Assembly: GCA_963759135.1 (NCBI GenBank)
Contig: CAVWXU010000026.1
Location: forward strand, 2,854-66,853
DNA length: 64,000 nt
From: an uncultured Chloroflexia bacterium
GTDB lineage: Bacteria > Chloroflexota > Limnocylindria > Limnocylindrales > CSP1-4
Reading direction: 5' to 3'
Below, piece after piece: positions 43,424 through 53,168 of this stretch; position 1 is the first letter of the stretch, and every line of letters starts with the position of its first letter. The translations under genes were made by a program, and so were the position numbers. Below the pieces are notes generated by a model. The model did no database searches and was not told the DNA's origin. It saw only the letters and a list, made by a program, of their open reading frames with translations.

Positions 43424-44524
43424 GTGGGTCAGCGGATCGTCGTCGCGATGTCGGGAGGCGTCGACTCCTCCGTGGCCGCGGCGCTCCTCCACGAGGAGGG
43501 CCACGAGGTCGTCGGCGTCTGGATGCGGCTCCACGACGGCGCCAGCGATCGGGACGAGTTCCGCAGGAGCTGTTGCTCGCTCGACGCGGCTGACGACGCG
43601 CGCCGGGTCGCCGGCCAGCTCGGGATCCCCTTCTTCATTCTCGACCTCGAGCGGGAGTTCGCGACCGGCGTGATCGACCCGTTCGTGCGGTCCTACCTGG
43701 GCGGGCGCACGCCGAATCCCTGCGTCGACTGCAACACGTACGTGAAGTTCGGGGCGCTGCTGGGTCGCGCCGGCCTGCTCTACGGCGCCGAGGCGGTCGC
43801 GACCGGGCACTACGCGCGCGTGGACTCGGTGGCCGGGGAAGGCCGCGACGGGCGGCGTTGGCGGCTGCTCGCCGCCGCCGATCCCGCCAAGGACCAGAGT
43901 TACTTCCTCTATGGGCTGCGGCAGCACCAGCTTGCCCGGACGCGCTTTCCGCTCGGCGGCCTGACGAAGCCCGAGGTGCGGTCGATCGCGCGCGCCCTGG
44001 GTCTCGCCACGGCCGAGACCCCGGAGAGCCAGGAGATCTGTTTCGTCGCCGCAGGCGACTACCGCGAGACGCTGCGCGAGCGGGCCGGCTGGCACGAGAC
44101 GCCCGGGCCGGTCGTCGACGTGGACGGGGCCACGGTCGGGGAGCACCGTGGGGCGGCGGCGTACACCGTCGGGCAACGCGCGGGGGTCGGTGTCGCCCTC
44201 GGCGAGCGCCGCTACGTGGCCTCGATCGACCCGGCCCGCAACCTGGTGCGGCTGGGGCGCCGCGAGGACCTCGAGCGGCGCTCGTTCCCCGTCGAGGACG
44301 TGCACTTCGTGGCGGGCGCCCGTTCGTCCGCGACATTCCGCTGCGCGGTGCGCATCCGGCACCGCGGCGACCTGGTACCGGCGACGGTGCGCCCGAACGC
44401 GGAGGACGGCGGCACCTGGACGGTCGAGGCGGACGAGCCGCTCTGGGCACCGGCGCCGGGGCAGGCGGCGGTCCTCTACGACGGGGACGAAGTGCTGGGC
44501 GGTGGACGCATCGCCAGCCGCTGA
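43424..44524 (+). CDS. mnmA: tRNA 2-thiouridine(34) synthase MnmA
   Basis: Track ORF. PP-loop [17 protein letters not shown] and QSYFLY. It lies 4 nt downstream of the desulfurase. Confidence 0.95.
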   Translation: MGQRIVVAMSGGVDSSVAAALLHEEGHEVVGVWMRLHDGASDRDEFRRSCCSLDAADDARRVAGQLGIPFFILDLEREFATGVIDPFVRSYLGGRTPNPCVDCNTYVKFGALLGRAGLLYGAEAVATGHYARVDSVAGEGRDGRRWRLLAAADPAKDQSYFLYGLRQHQLARTRFPLGGLTKPEVRSIARALGLATAETPESQEICFVAAGDYRETLRERAGWHETPGPVVDVDGATVGEHRGAAAYTVGQRAGVGVALGERRYVASIDPARNLVRLGRREDLERRSFPVEDVHFVAGARSSATFRCAVRIRHRGDLVPATVRPNAEDGGTWTVEADEPLWAPAPGQAAVLYDGDEVLGGGRIASR

Positions 44525-44583
44525 CCGACAGCTCCGGTAGCGGGCAACCCTGCGGATCGAGGCCGGCTCCCGCGCGGCGCGGC

Positions 44584-44589
44584 TATCCT
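44584..44589 (+). promoter_or_regulatory. -10 element TATCCT, 6 nt before ATG 44596 (leaderless)
   Basis: GGCTATCCTTCGCCAATG. Confidence 0.35.
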
Positions 44590-44595
44590 TCGCCA

Positions 44596-44871
44596 ATGCC
44601 GGCCGTCGAACCCGCCGTGATCCTGGCCGTCCTGGTGGGGATCTTCAACGTGGCGCTCTTCGTCCTGTTCGGCGGCCAGGCCCGGGGCCGACTGCCGTTT
44701 CTCGTCCTGGCGGCCATCCTCGGCGCGTATGCCGGCCAGGCACTCGGAGTGCGCCTCGGCGACCCAGTGCGCATCGGCGATTTCGGGCTGCTCAGCTCGT
44801 CGGCGGTTGCCTGGGCCGGCATCTGCGTGGTCGCGATCGTGAGCACGCTGGGGCCGACCGGGCACGCCTGA
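44596..44871 (+). CDS. Small integral membrane protein (3 predicted TM helices)
   Basis: ATG 44596 inside spurious track ORF 43858..44871. Sequence: MPAVEPAVILAVLVGIFNVALFVLFGG...LAAILGAYAGQALG...AVAWAGICVVAIVSTL. Confidence 0.5.
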   Translation: MPAVEPAVILAVLVGIFNVALFVLFGGQARGRLPFLVLAAILGAYAGQALGVRLGDPVRIGDFGLLSSSAVAWAGICVVAIVSTLGPTGHA

Positions 44872-44902
44872 CCTCGAGTGCCTGCAGGGAGCGGGTAATC
44901 GG

Positions 44903-45052
44903 CTACACGGCGCCGCCGATGCGGCCGAGCAACGTGCTGATCTCGCCGCCCAGGAAGAGGACGGCGACGATCGCCACCAGCACGATCAGGGCCAGGGTGA
45001 CGGCATACTCGGCGAGGCCCTGGCCGACCCCGTCGCGGCGCATCCGAGCCAT
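44903..45052 (-). CDS. flp: Flp/Fap-family type IVb pilin (49 aa, below the track length cut-off)
   Basis: Hand translation gives MARMRRDGVGQGLAEYAVTLALIVLVAIVAVLFLGGEISTLLGRIGGAV. It has a basic leader, a G-x4-EY processing motif and a hydrophobic helix. Confidence 0.65.
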   Translation of the reverse strand: MARMRRDGVGQGLAEYAVTLALIVLVAIVAVLFLGGEISTLLGRIGGAV

Positions 45053-45231
45053 GGCGACCGTGTCCTTGTCGAGCCCCCGCGGACCGGCGACGAACGATGG
45101 GGCTCCACGGGGCGATGAGTCCGAGGCGCTACCGTAGCCGCCCGCCGGCCGAACCCGCCATCGGCAGAACTGCGTAGCCGTCCGTGCGGCGCGCGGTCCG
45201 GACGCGCCCCGGCAGGCGCGACTGGCGAGCC

Positions 45232-45816
45232 CTACGCTCCGGTCGCGACGCCCACGATGTGGGTGCGCTGGAGGAGCCCGAAGGCGAAGCGCCCGGCGAG
45301 GCGGCGATCCGCCAGCCAGCGCACGCGGATGTCGGTCATGGGAATGAAACGCGGATCGTTCGCATCGACGAAATCCCGCAGGGAGGCCTCCTCGTGCAGG
45401 TACGTGGTGCCCGACACGAGATGCGCCGCCGTCATGGCGGTGAGCCGGTGCGGTTGCCTCCCGGCAAACTGCGCCGCCGGCGCGAGGCCAGGGTCCACGA
45501 CCTTCTGCCCCACGAGCATCACGTCGTTCAGGCGCACCCGCAGATTGGCGAGCGTGACCCGGGTCGGCTGACCGTTGCGGGTGAGGATCGTCACCTCGCG
45601 CAGCTGGAAGAAACCGTCCAGGAAGTTGATGTAATCCGCGAGTTGGCTGAAGTGGCCGAGATCGACCACGCCGGTGGCGCGCAGCTGCATGCCGACGAGA
45701 TCAACCTGGGACACAGATGGTGCCAGGCGCCGGAGTTCGTCCGCGGCCGCACTCGCGTCGAGCCCGGACCAGCCGGGCGTCTCCGCGATGACCTCGGGTG
45801 CGTGAGGCGGGCACAT
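45232..45816 (-). CDS. Hypothetical protein with internal tandem duplication of a ~60-aa module
   Basis: C-terminal 194 aa of track ORF 45232..46365. LRATGVVDLGHFSQLADYINFLDGFFQLREVTIL... aligns with HLVSGTTYLHEEASLRDFVDANDPRFIPMTDIRVRW... The start codon is uncertain. Confidence 0.5.
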   Translation of the reverse strand: MCPPHAPEVIAETPGWSGLDASAAADELRRLAPSVSQVDLVGMQLRATGVVDLGHFSQLADYINFLDGFFQLREVTILTRNGQPTRVTLANLRVRLNDVMLVGQKVVDPGLAPAAQFAGRQPHRLTAMTAAHLVSGTTYLHEEASLRDFVDANDPRFIPMTDIRVRWLADRRLAGRFAFGLLQRTHIVGVATGA

Positions 45817-46132
45817 CCGCGTCGACCGACTCGACCGCCCATCCGCGACCCGACCAACAGGCCAATCACGTGAAGAGCTCCCGGTCGGTCGGCCGCGCAA
45901 TGGTGTCAGGCCGGTCGTGGCCCTGGAACGTGGTCTCGACGTCGTCCGAGGAGTCGAGGGTGATGTGGGGCAGGTGTCGCATGCTGGAGGCGCCTCAAGG
46001 GGGCGTGGGTGGACGCGGCCCATCGCCACGCCCGCAGCGTAGCGTCGAACCGGGGGCGGGAGGCATGGCTCGGATGACCTACAGTCCGCAGACAGTCGTC
46101 CCGGGTGGAATGCCCTGTTTGCACTCCTTCCG

Positions 46133-48805
46133 TCAGGACGCGCCGGCCCGGCCCGGATCGTCGTCCACGGCAAGCTGGATCCCCTCGTCGAGAGAGAGCG
46201 TCCGCCCCAGGGCGAACTCCCGGTCGAACGCGACGTCGCCGAGCGCCTCCCGGGCGCGCCGCTCGGGATCGGGAATCCTGATGACGTCGAGGACCGTCGC
46301 AAAGTCGCCGAGCGAGTCGCGCTGGGACGCGATCGCGCCGCAGATCCGTGCCGCCGTGGCGGCATCGCCGGACGCCGTGGCCGTCACGGCACCGATCACG
46401 AGCGCGTTGATCACGTTGGCGACATCACCTGCCGATCGGAAGATCAGCGTCGCCTCGGCGAGCTCGGCGCGGGCGTCCGCGAACCGGCCGAGATACTGGT
46501 CGAAGATCGCGAGCCACAACAGCGCGCTTGCCGCCCGGAACCGCTCGCCTCCTGCGCGGAAGGCGTGCAGAATTCTCGACGTCGAGCTCTCGGGCGATCG
46601 TCCACTCCGCCTTTCCGGCGTGGTAGAAGACGAGGCCTTCCCGGACTCGGGCCGTGCCCATCTGGTCGCCGAGCCCCTCGAAGACGACGAGCGCCTCCTC
46701 GTGCATGGTCCGCCCTTCGGCGTCACGGCCGAGGATGTTGGCGACGAATCCGAGGTTGTACAGCGCTTCCGCAACGAGTCGCGGATCGGCGAGCGTCCGG
46801 GCGATCGCCAGCTCCTCGGAGTAGGCGCGCTCGGCGCTCGCGAAGTCGCCCTGCCAGTAGGCGAGGCCGCCGATGCCTTCGAGAGCCTTCGCCCGCTCCG
46901 CGGTCGGCGCCGGGCCGCCGGGCGGGCCAGCAGACCCGCGAGCACCTCCCGGCCCTCCTGGAGATGCGAGCGCTGGTGCCAGAAGCGCCAGAGCGCCCCG
47001 CCCATCGCCAGTGCGAGTGCCATGTCGTGGTCTGCGGCCCAGCCCAGGGCGGCCCGCAGGTTGTCAAGCTCGCGGTCCAGGCGCTCGAGCCATGCCGCCT
47101 GGTCGTCGGTCACGATGCGCGACTCCGCATCGGCCACGAGCCGGGCGAACTCCACGGCGTGCCGCCGGGGAACGACCTCTGCATCCTCGCTCTCGGCAAG
47201 CCGCCCGGAGGCGTACTCCCGGATCGTCTCGAGCATCCGGAACCGGGGTTCGCCACGGGCGTCCTCGTCGATCCGGACGAGGCTCTTGTCCGCGAGCGAC
47301 GCGAGACCGTCAGCGACGTCGACCCCGAGCGTGGCGTCGGGATCGCACACCGCCGCCGCGATCTCGATCGTCGCACCGCCCGGGAAGACGGACAGGCGCC
47401 GGAACAGGACGCGCTCGTCGGGGTCCAGGAGCTCGTGGCTCCAGTCGATCGCGCCACGCATCGTCTGCTGGCGCGCCGACAGGTCGCGGCCTCCGCCGGT
47501 CAACACGGCAAGGCGCCGGTCGAGGCGCCGGAGGAGCGCGTCCGGCGCGAACAGCCGTGTCCGGGCGGCGGCAAGCTCGAGCGCGAGCGGCAGGCCATCG
47601 AGCCTGGCACAGATGGCGGCGACGGCCGCAGCGTTGTCGGACGTGAGCTCGAAGCCCGCACGCGCCGCCCGAGCCCGATCCACGAAGAGGGCCACCGCGT
47701 CGAACCGGGCGAGGTCGTCGAGCGACGGCATGTGGCGCGTATCCGGCACGCCGAGCAGCGGAACCGGGTACTGGTGCTCACCGGTGACGCCGAGCGCCTC
47801 GCGGCTGCTCGCCAGCACACGGAGGCCGGGCGCGGCGCGCAGCAGGTCGGCCACGACGGTCGCGCCGGCGACGACCTGCTCGAAGTTGTCGAGGACGAGC
47901 AGCACGCTGCGGTCGCGCAGGTGCTGGCGCAGCGTCTCGACGACCGGGCTGGACGGGTCCTCGCGGACGCCGACGGCGGACGCGATGGTCGCCGGGATGA
48001 GCGCGGGGTCGACGATCGAGGCGAGCTCCACGAAGAACACGCCGGCCGGGAAGCGGTCCCGGCATCGCTCGGCGACCGCGATGCTGAGGCGCGTCTTGCC
48101 GGTTCCACCCGGTCCCGTCAGCGTCACGAGCCGGGCCCGATCGAGCAGTGCGCCCACTTCGGACACCTCGCGCTCGCGCCCGACGAACGTTGTCACCTGG
48201 ACTGGGAGGTTCGTCGGGGTTTCGAGCGAGCGCGGGGCCGGGAAGTCGGAGGGCAGGCCGTCCACGACGAGCTGAACCAGCCGCACCGGCCGATCCAGGT
48301 CCTTCAGCCGGTGCTCGCCGAGGTCGCGGAATGACACGCCGTCCGGGGCGGCGCCCCCGACCAGACCGTAGGTGGCGCCCGACAGCAGCACCTGCCCGCC
48401 GTGGGCCGCAGCGGAGATCCGCGCGGCACGGTGGACGTCGAGCCCCGCGTAGTTGTCCCCGCCGAGCATCCCTTCGCCGGTGTGGATGCCCATCCGGACG
48501 CGCACCGAGGCGCCGTCGGGCCATGGCTCAGCGGCCAGCGCCCGCTGGGCGGCAACCGCGCCGAGGAGCGCGTCGCCGGCCGAGCGGAACACGACGAAGA
48601 ACGCGTCGCCCTCGGTCCCGACCTCGATGCCGCCGGCGTCGCCGAACGCCTGCCGGAGGAGGGAGTGGTGCCGGTCCAGCAGGTCGGCGAAGCGAGGCCC
48701 CAGGGCGGCCGCGAGGCGGGTGGAGCCCTCCACGTCAGAAAAGAGGAACGTGACGGTCCCGGTCGGCAGCGCAGGCGATGGTGACCGGCCGGCGCCGCTG
48801 GTCAC
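46133..48805 (-). pseudogene. Class III adenylate/guanylate cyclase domain - NB-ARC/STAND ATPase - TPR protein, with two compensating frame disruptions
   Basis: Lies within spurious track ORF 46133..51415. Cyclase domain VTFLFSDVEGSTRL...GDAFFVVF...MGIHTGE; Walker A LTGPGGTGKTRL; Walker B LLVLDNFEQV. The TPR block from about 46925 to 46575 reads correctly only in the frame of track ORF 46425..46706 (...GLAYWQGDFASAERAYSEELAIAR...MHEEALVVFEGLGD...). Start is GTG 48805, or ATG 48891 if another indel is present. Confidence 0.8.
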
Positions 48806-49116
48806 GAGTCGCCGACCTGGCGATCGGGGCCTCGCACGCCGGCCGATCCGGTCAGTCGGATCGGGAAGGCGCCCGAGAACACGTAGCCCATGATGTTCTG
48901 CTCCCTGGGCTCGACAGCCCAGCCGGCGGGTCGGTCTCGCCGTTGGCCCGGCGCGACGGATGGCGACCGTGGCGGGACGCCGCGCCGGTGGGACCTCACG
49001 GTCCGCTGCCGCCCCCCGGATCAGCGGAGTATGCGCGACTGCCGGCGAGAGGTGATCGGCGAACCTCGCGGGCCTCCCGGCGGCGCGTGTGCCGCTACGT
49101 TCGCAGGGATCTACGG

Positions 49117-49122
49117 TACCGT
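49117..49122 (+). promoter_or_regulatory. -10 element TACCGT, 7 nt before alaS ATG (leaderless)
   Basis: CTACGGTACCGTTATCGGGATG, with no Shine-Dalgarno. Confidence 0.4.
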
Positions 49123-49129
49123 TATCGGG

Positions 49130-51885
49130 ATGCCGGACCGTGACCCGCGGATCGTCCCGCTGCCGTCGGACGAGATCCGCCGTCGTTTCCTCGCGTTCTT
49201 TGCGGCGCGCGGCCACGAGGTCGTGCGAGGCGCCAGCCTGGTCCCTGCGGGCGACCAGACGCTGCTCTTCACGAACGCCGGGATGGTGCAGTTCAAGGAC
49301 GTGTTCACCGGCCGGGAGACGCGCGCCTGCCCCCGGGCTGTCGACGTGCAGCGCTGCCTGCGCGTGGCGGGGAAGCACAACGACTTCGAGCAGGTGGGTC
49401 GCACGCCGCGGCACCACACGTTCTTCGAGATGCTCGGAAACTGGAGCTTCGGCGACTACTTCAAGCGCGACGCGATCCACTGGGCATGGGAACTCCTGAC
49501 GGAGACCTACGGCATTCCCGGCGAGCGGCTGGCCGCGACCGTCTACAGCGACGACGACGAGGCCTACGCCGTCTGGCGCGACGAGATCGGCCTGCCTCCC
49601 GGGCGGATCGCGCGCTGGGGTAACGTCGACGACGGAGACGAGAAGAACTTCTGGCGCATGGCCGAGACCGGGCCGTGCGGGCGGTGCAGCGAGATTCACT
49701 TCGATCGCGGCCCCGCGCTCAGCGAGGGGCCGCACTGCATCCCCGACCACTCCGAGACCTGTCCGCGCTGGCTGGAGATCTGGAACCTCGTCTTCATGGA
49801 GTTCGACCAGCAGCCAGACGGCCGCCGGGAGCCGCTGCCGTTCCGCAGCGTCGACACGGGCATGGGGCTGGAACGCCTGGCCAGCGTCGTCCAGCAGGTT
49901 CCGTCCAACTACGACACCGACCTGTTCACGCCGATCCATGCGCGCATGCGCGACCTGCTGGGCCACGATCCCGACGACTTCGAGGCCGAGCGGTTCAGCT
50001 ACCAGGTCATCGCGGATCACGCCAGGGCGGCCACATTCCTGATCGCGGACGGCGTTCTTCCGTCGAACGAAGGGCGAGGGTATGTGCTCCGGCGGATCGT
50101 GCGCCGGGCCGTTCGCCACGGACGCCTGCTCGGACGGCGTGAGCCCTTCCTCTCGCAGGCCGCCGGGGTGGTGATCCACGTCATGAGCGGCGCGTACCCG
50201 TACCTGGTGGAGCAGCGGGCCGGGATCCTCGAGGCGCTGGGTCGCGAGGAGGCGCAGTTCGCACGTACGCTGGAGTCCGGAACCGGCCACCTCGAGGCGG
50301 CGCTCGGGGCCCTCGGCGTCGACGTGCCCGGCGCGCGCCTGGTGGGGCGGCGGCCGGAGACGCTGCCGCCAGACGCGCCGCGGCTCGACGGGGCGGTCGC
50401 GTTCCGACTCCACGACACGTATGGGTTCCCCATCGACCTGACCGTGGAGCTGGCAGCCGAGTACGGCGTGGCGGTGGATCGCGCCGGGTTCGAGGAGGCC
50501 CTGGCGGAGCAGCGCGCGCGCTCGCGGGCTGGCACCCGGGGCGAGCTGAGCCGTGTGGCGCAGGAGGCGAGCCTGCTCGAGTCGATCCTGCGCCGCGTGG
50601 GAGAGACCGAGTTCGTGGGCTACCAGGCGACCGAGGCCGAGGGGCGCGTCGTCGCGATCCTGCGCGACGGGACGGAGTACGGTCAGCTGTCGGGCAGCGG
50701 CCAGGCAGAGGTCGTGCTCGACCGGACGCCGTTCTACGCGGAGGGCGGCGGACAGGTCGGCGACCGCGGCGTCCTGTCCACGGCCGGCGCGCCGGTGTTC
50801 CACGTCGACGACACGCGGAAGCCGGTGGGCCAGCTGATCGTGCATCGAGGCCGCCTCGCGGGAACACTGCGGGTCGGGGATGTCGCACTGGCGACGGTGG
50901 ACGGGCGACGCCGCGCGGCGACCATGCGCAACCACACCGCCACGCACCTGCTCCACCGCGCGCTGCGCAACGTCGTGGGGCCGTCGGCGCGTCAGGCGGG
51001 ATCCCTGGTCGCGCCCGAGTACCTGCGCTTCGACTTCCCGTTCGACCGGGCGCTGACGGCGGAGGAGACGGCGGCAATCGAGGAGCAGGTCCGTGCGGTC
51101 ATCCGCGACGACCGTCCGGTGAACGTGGCGCACGTCTCTTTCGCCGAAGCGATCGAGGCCGGCGCCGACGCGTTCTTCGACGAGAAGTACGGGTCCGAGG
51201 TGCGGACGGTCGTCGTGCAGGACTACAGCCGCGAGCTGTGCGGCGGGACGCACTGCCGCGCCACCGGAGAGATCGGCGGGTTCTTCGTCACGGGGGAGCG
51301 CTCCATCGGGTCGGGGATCCGGCGCATCGAGGCAGTGACTGGCGAGGCGGCCGACGCCCTGGTTGCTGCGCGCTTCGCCCTGCTGGCCAGCACGGCAGCA
51401 GCGCTGGGCGTGCACGATCCCGCCCAGGCACCCGCGCGTGCGGCCGAGTTGCAGGCGCGCGCGAGGGAACTGGAACGCCGCCTGCGTGCCGGGTCGTCGA
51501 AGGCGATCGCCAGGCCCGGCGAGGTCGCGAAGGCGGCCGTCCTCGTTGACGGCGTGCCCGTCGCGGCCTACGTCGCCCCGTTCGAGGACCAGGAAGAGAT
51601 GAAGCGCTGGGCGCGCGACCTCCGGCGGCGCCCTCGGGTCGGGCGTGATCGCGCGTCGGGCTGGATGCGGACGAGCCCGTGCTGTTCGTCACCGTCAGCG
51701 ACGACCTGGTCCTGCGCGGGGTATCGGCGGCGGAACTCGTGCAAGCCGGCGTCGGGCCGATCGAAGGGCGTGGCGGCGGCCGGCCGGGGATGGCGCAGGG
51801 CCGAGGCGCCCGTCGTGAAGGGCTGGCCGAGGCGCTCGAGCGTGTCCGCGCCGCCGTCGCGCCGGCTCCGGACGGGAGCGCCTGA
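49130..51885 (+). pseudogene. alaS: Alanine--tRNA ligase, frame broken twice (+1, +1) at about 51629-51633 and 51651-51656
   Basis: ATG 49130 inside track ORF 48890..52231. FTNAGMVQFK, HHTFFEMLGNWSFGDYFK, HTATHLLH and CGGTHC. The C-terminus reads ...DLRRR / LGSGVIA / VGLDADEPVLFVTVSDDLV... across three frames and ends with track ORF 51679..51885. Length is 3n+2. Confidence 0.95.
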
Positions 51886-51890
51886 GCACG

Positions 51891-53153
51891 ATGTCGCTGT
51901 GGCGCCGGCTGCTGGGGCGCGACCGGGCGGCTGCACCCGCCGCGTGCACTGCGCTCGACGTCGGCACCGAGTTCGCCAAGGCGCTCGCCTTCGAGATCGA
52001 CGAGTCGGGTACGGCTGTCGTGCGTGGTGTCGGGCGCCAGCGGCAGGGTCTTGCCCACATGCAGTCGGGCACGGTGGCCGACATCGCCGCCGTGGTCGAC
52101 AACTGCGCGGTCGCGCTGCAGGAGGCCGAGGAGATGGCCGGCTTCCGGCCCAGCCAGGCCGTGGTCGGCATCGCCGGCGAACTGGTGAAGGGCTTCACGA
52201 CGACGCTCTCGCAGGAGCGGAAGCGGCCTGACCAGCCCATCAGCGAGGCCGAGCTGCAACGGCTGATCGACGGGGTGCAGCACGAAGCGCTGCGGGAGGC
52301 GGAGCGCGCCGTGACGTGGGAGACGGGGCTCCCCAACGTCGACGTGCGGCTCGTCCACGCCGCGGTGACCGGCGCGGCCATCGACGGCTACCCGGTCAGC
52401 AACCCCGTCGGCTTCCAGGGACGGCACGTCCGGATCGCGATCTTCAACGCGTTCGCCCCGCTCGTGCACCTCGGCGCTCTCCAGAGCGTCGCGGCCCAGC
52501 TCGACCTCGAGCTCCTGGCGGTGGTCGCGGAGCCGTTCGCGGTGGCGCGCTGCCTGGGTGGTGAACAGGTGCAGCAGGGGGGTGGGCTGTTCGTCGACGT
52601 CGGCGGCGGCACGACGGACGTGGCGCTCGTCCGCGCAGGGGGGATCGAGGGCACGCGCATGTTCGCGCTCGGCGGGCGAGCGTTCACCAAGAGCCTGGCC
52701 GACCAGCTCGGCCTGCCGTTCCAGCGGGCAGAGGCGATGAAGATCGACTACGCGCGCGGACTCGAGGTGCCCGACCGCGACCGGCTCGGGGCGGTGGTCG
52801 CGGAGGACGTCGCGGTCTGGTCGGCCGGAGTCGAGCTGGTGCTCGAGGAGCTGGCGGCGGGCGACCTGCTCCCGGGGAGGATCTATCTGTGCGGCGGGGG
52901 CGCGGGGCTGCTCGAGGTGCAGGCCGCCCTGCGCGACCCCGGGTTCGCCAGGCGGCTGCCGTTCGCACGGCCGCCTGACGTGACCGTCGCCGAGCCGGGG
53001 GAGGTCCGCGGGGTTCGCGACGAGACCGGCCTGCTCGTCGACCAGCAGGATGTCACTCCCATGGGGCTCGCGTACCAGGCCGTCGAGATGGCCGCCGAGG
53101 AGTCGGCGCTCGACGCCGCGCTCCACCGGGTGCTGCGGGCGATGAAGGTCTGA
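51891..53153 (+). CDS. FtsA-like actin-fold (ASKHA) ATPase
   Basis: Track ORF. ALDVGTEFAKA (phosphate 1), FVDVGGGTTDVAL (phosphate 2) and YLCGGGAGL (adenosine motif); 420 aa. Confidence 0.75.
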   Translation: MSLWRRLLGRDRAAAPAACTALDVGTEFAKALAFEIDESGTAVVRGVGRQRQGLAHMQSGTVADIAAVVDNCAVALQEAEEMAGFRPSQAVVGIAGELVKGFTTTLSQERKRPDQPISEAELQRLIDGVQHEALREAERAVTWETGLPNVDVRLVHAAVTGAAIDGYPVSNPVGFQGRHVRIAIFNAFAPLVHLGALQSVAAQLDLELLAVVAEPFAVARCLGGEQVQQGGGLFVDVGGGTTDVALVRAGGIEGTRMFALGGRAFTKSLADQLGLPFQRAEAMKIDYARGLEVPDRDRLGAVVAEDVAVWSAGVELVLEELAAGDLLPGRIYLCGGGAGLLEVQAALRDPGFARRLPFARPPDVTVAEPGEVRGVRDETGLLVDQQDVTPMGLAYQAVEMAAEESALDAALHRVLRAMKV

Positions 53154-53168
53154 GGCAGACTGGCCGCG

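Noticed and set aside
48987-49004. GGTGGGACC upstream of alaS resembles a T-box core, and alaS is T-box regulated in Firmicutes.
   Set aside because: It is part of a simple GGACC-tcac-GGTCC hairpin. UGGG would not pair with the A73-CCA end of tRNA-Ala. There is no Stem I, F-box or antiterminator/terminator pair, and alaS appears to be leaderless from TACCGT at 49117.
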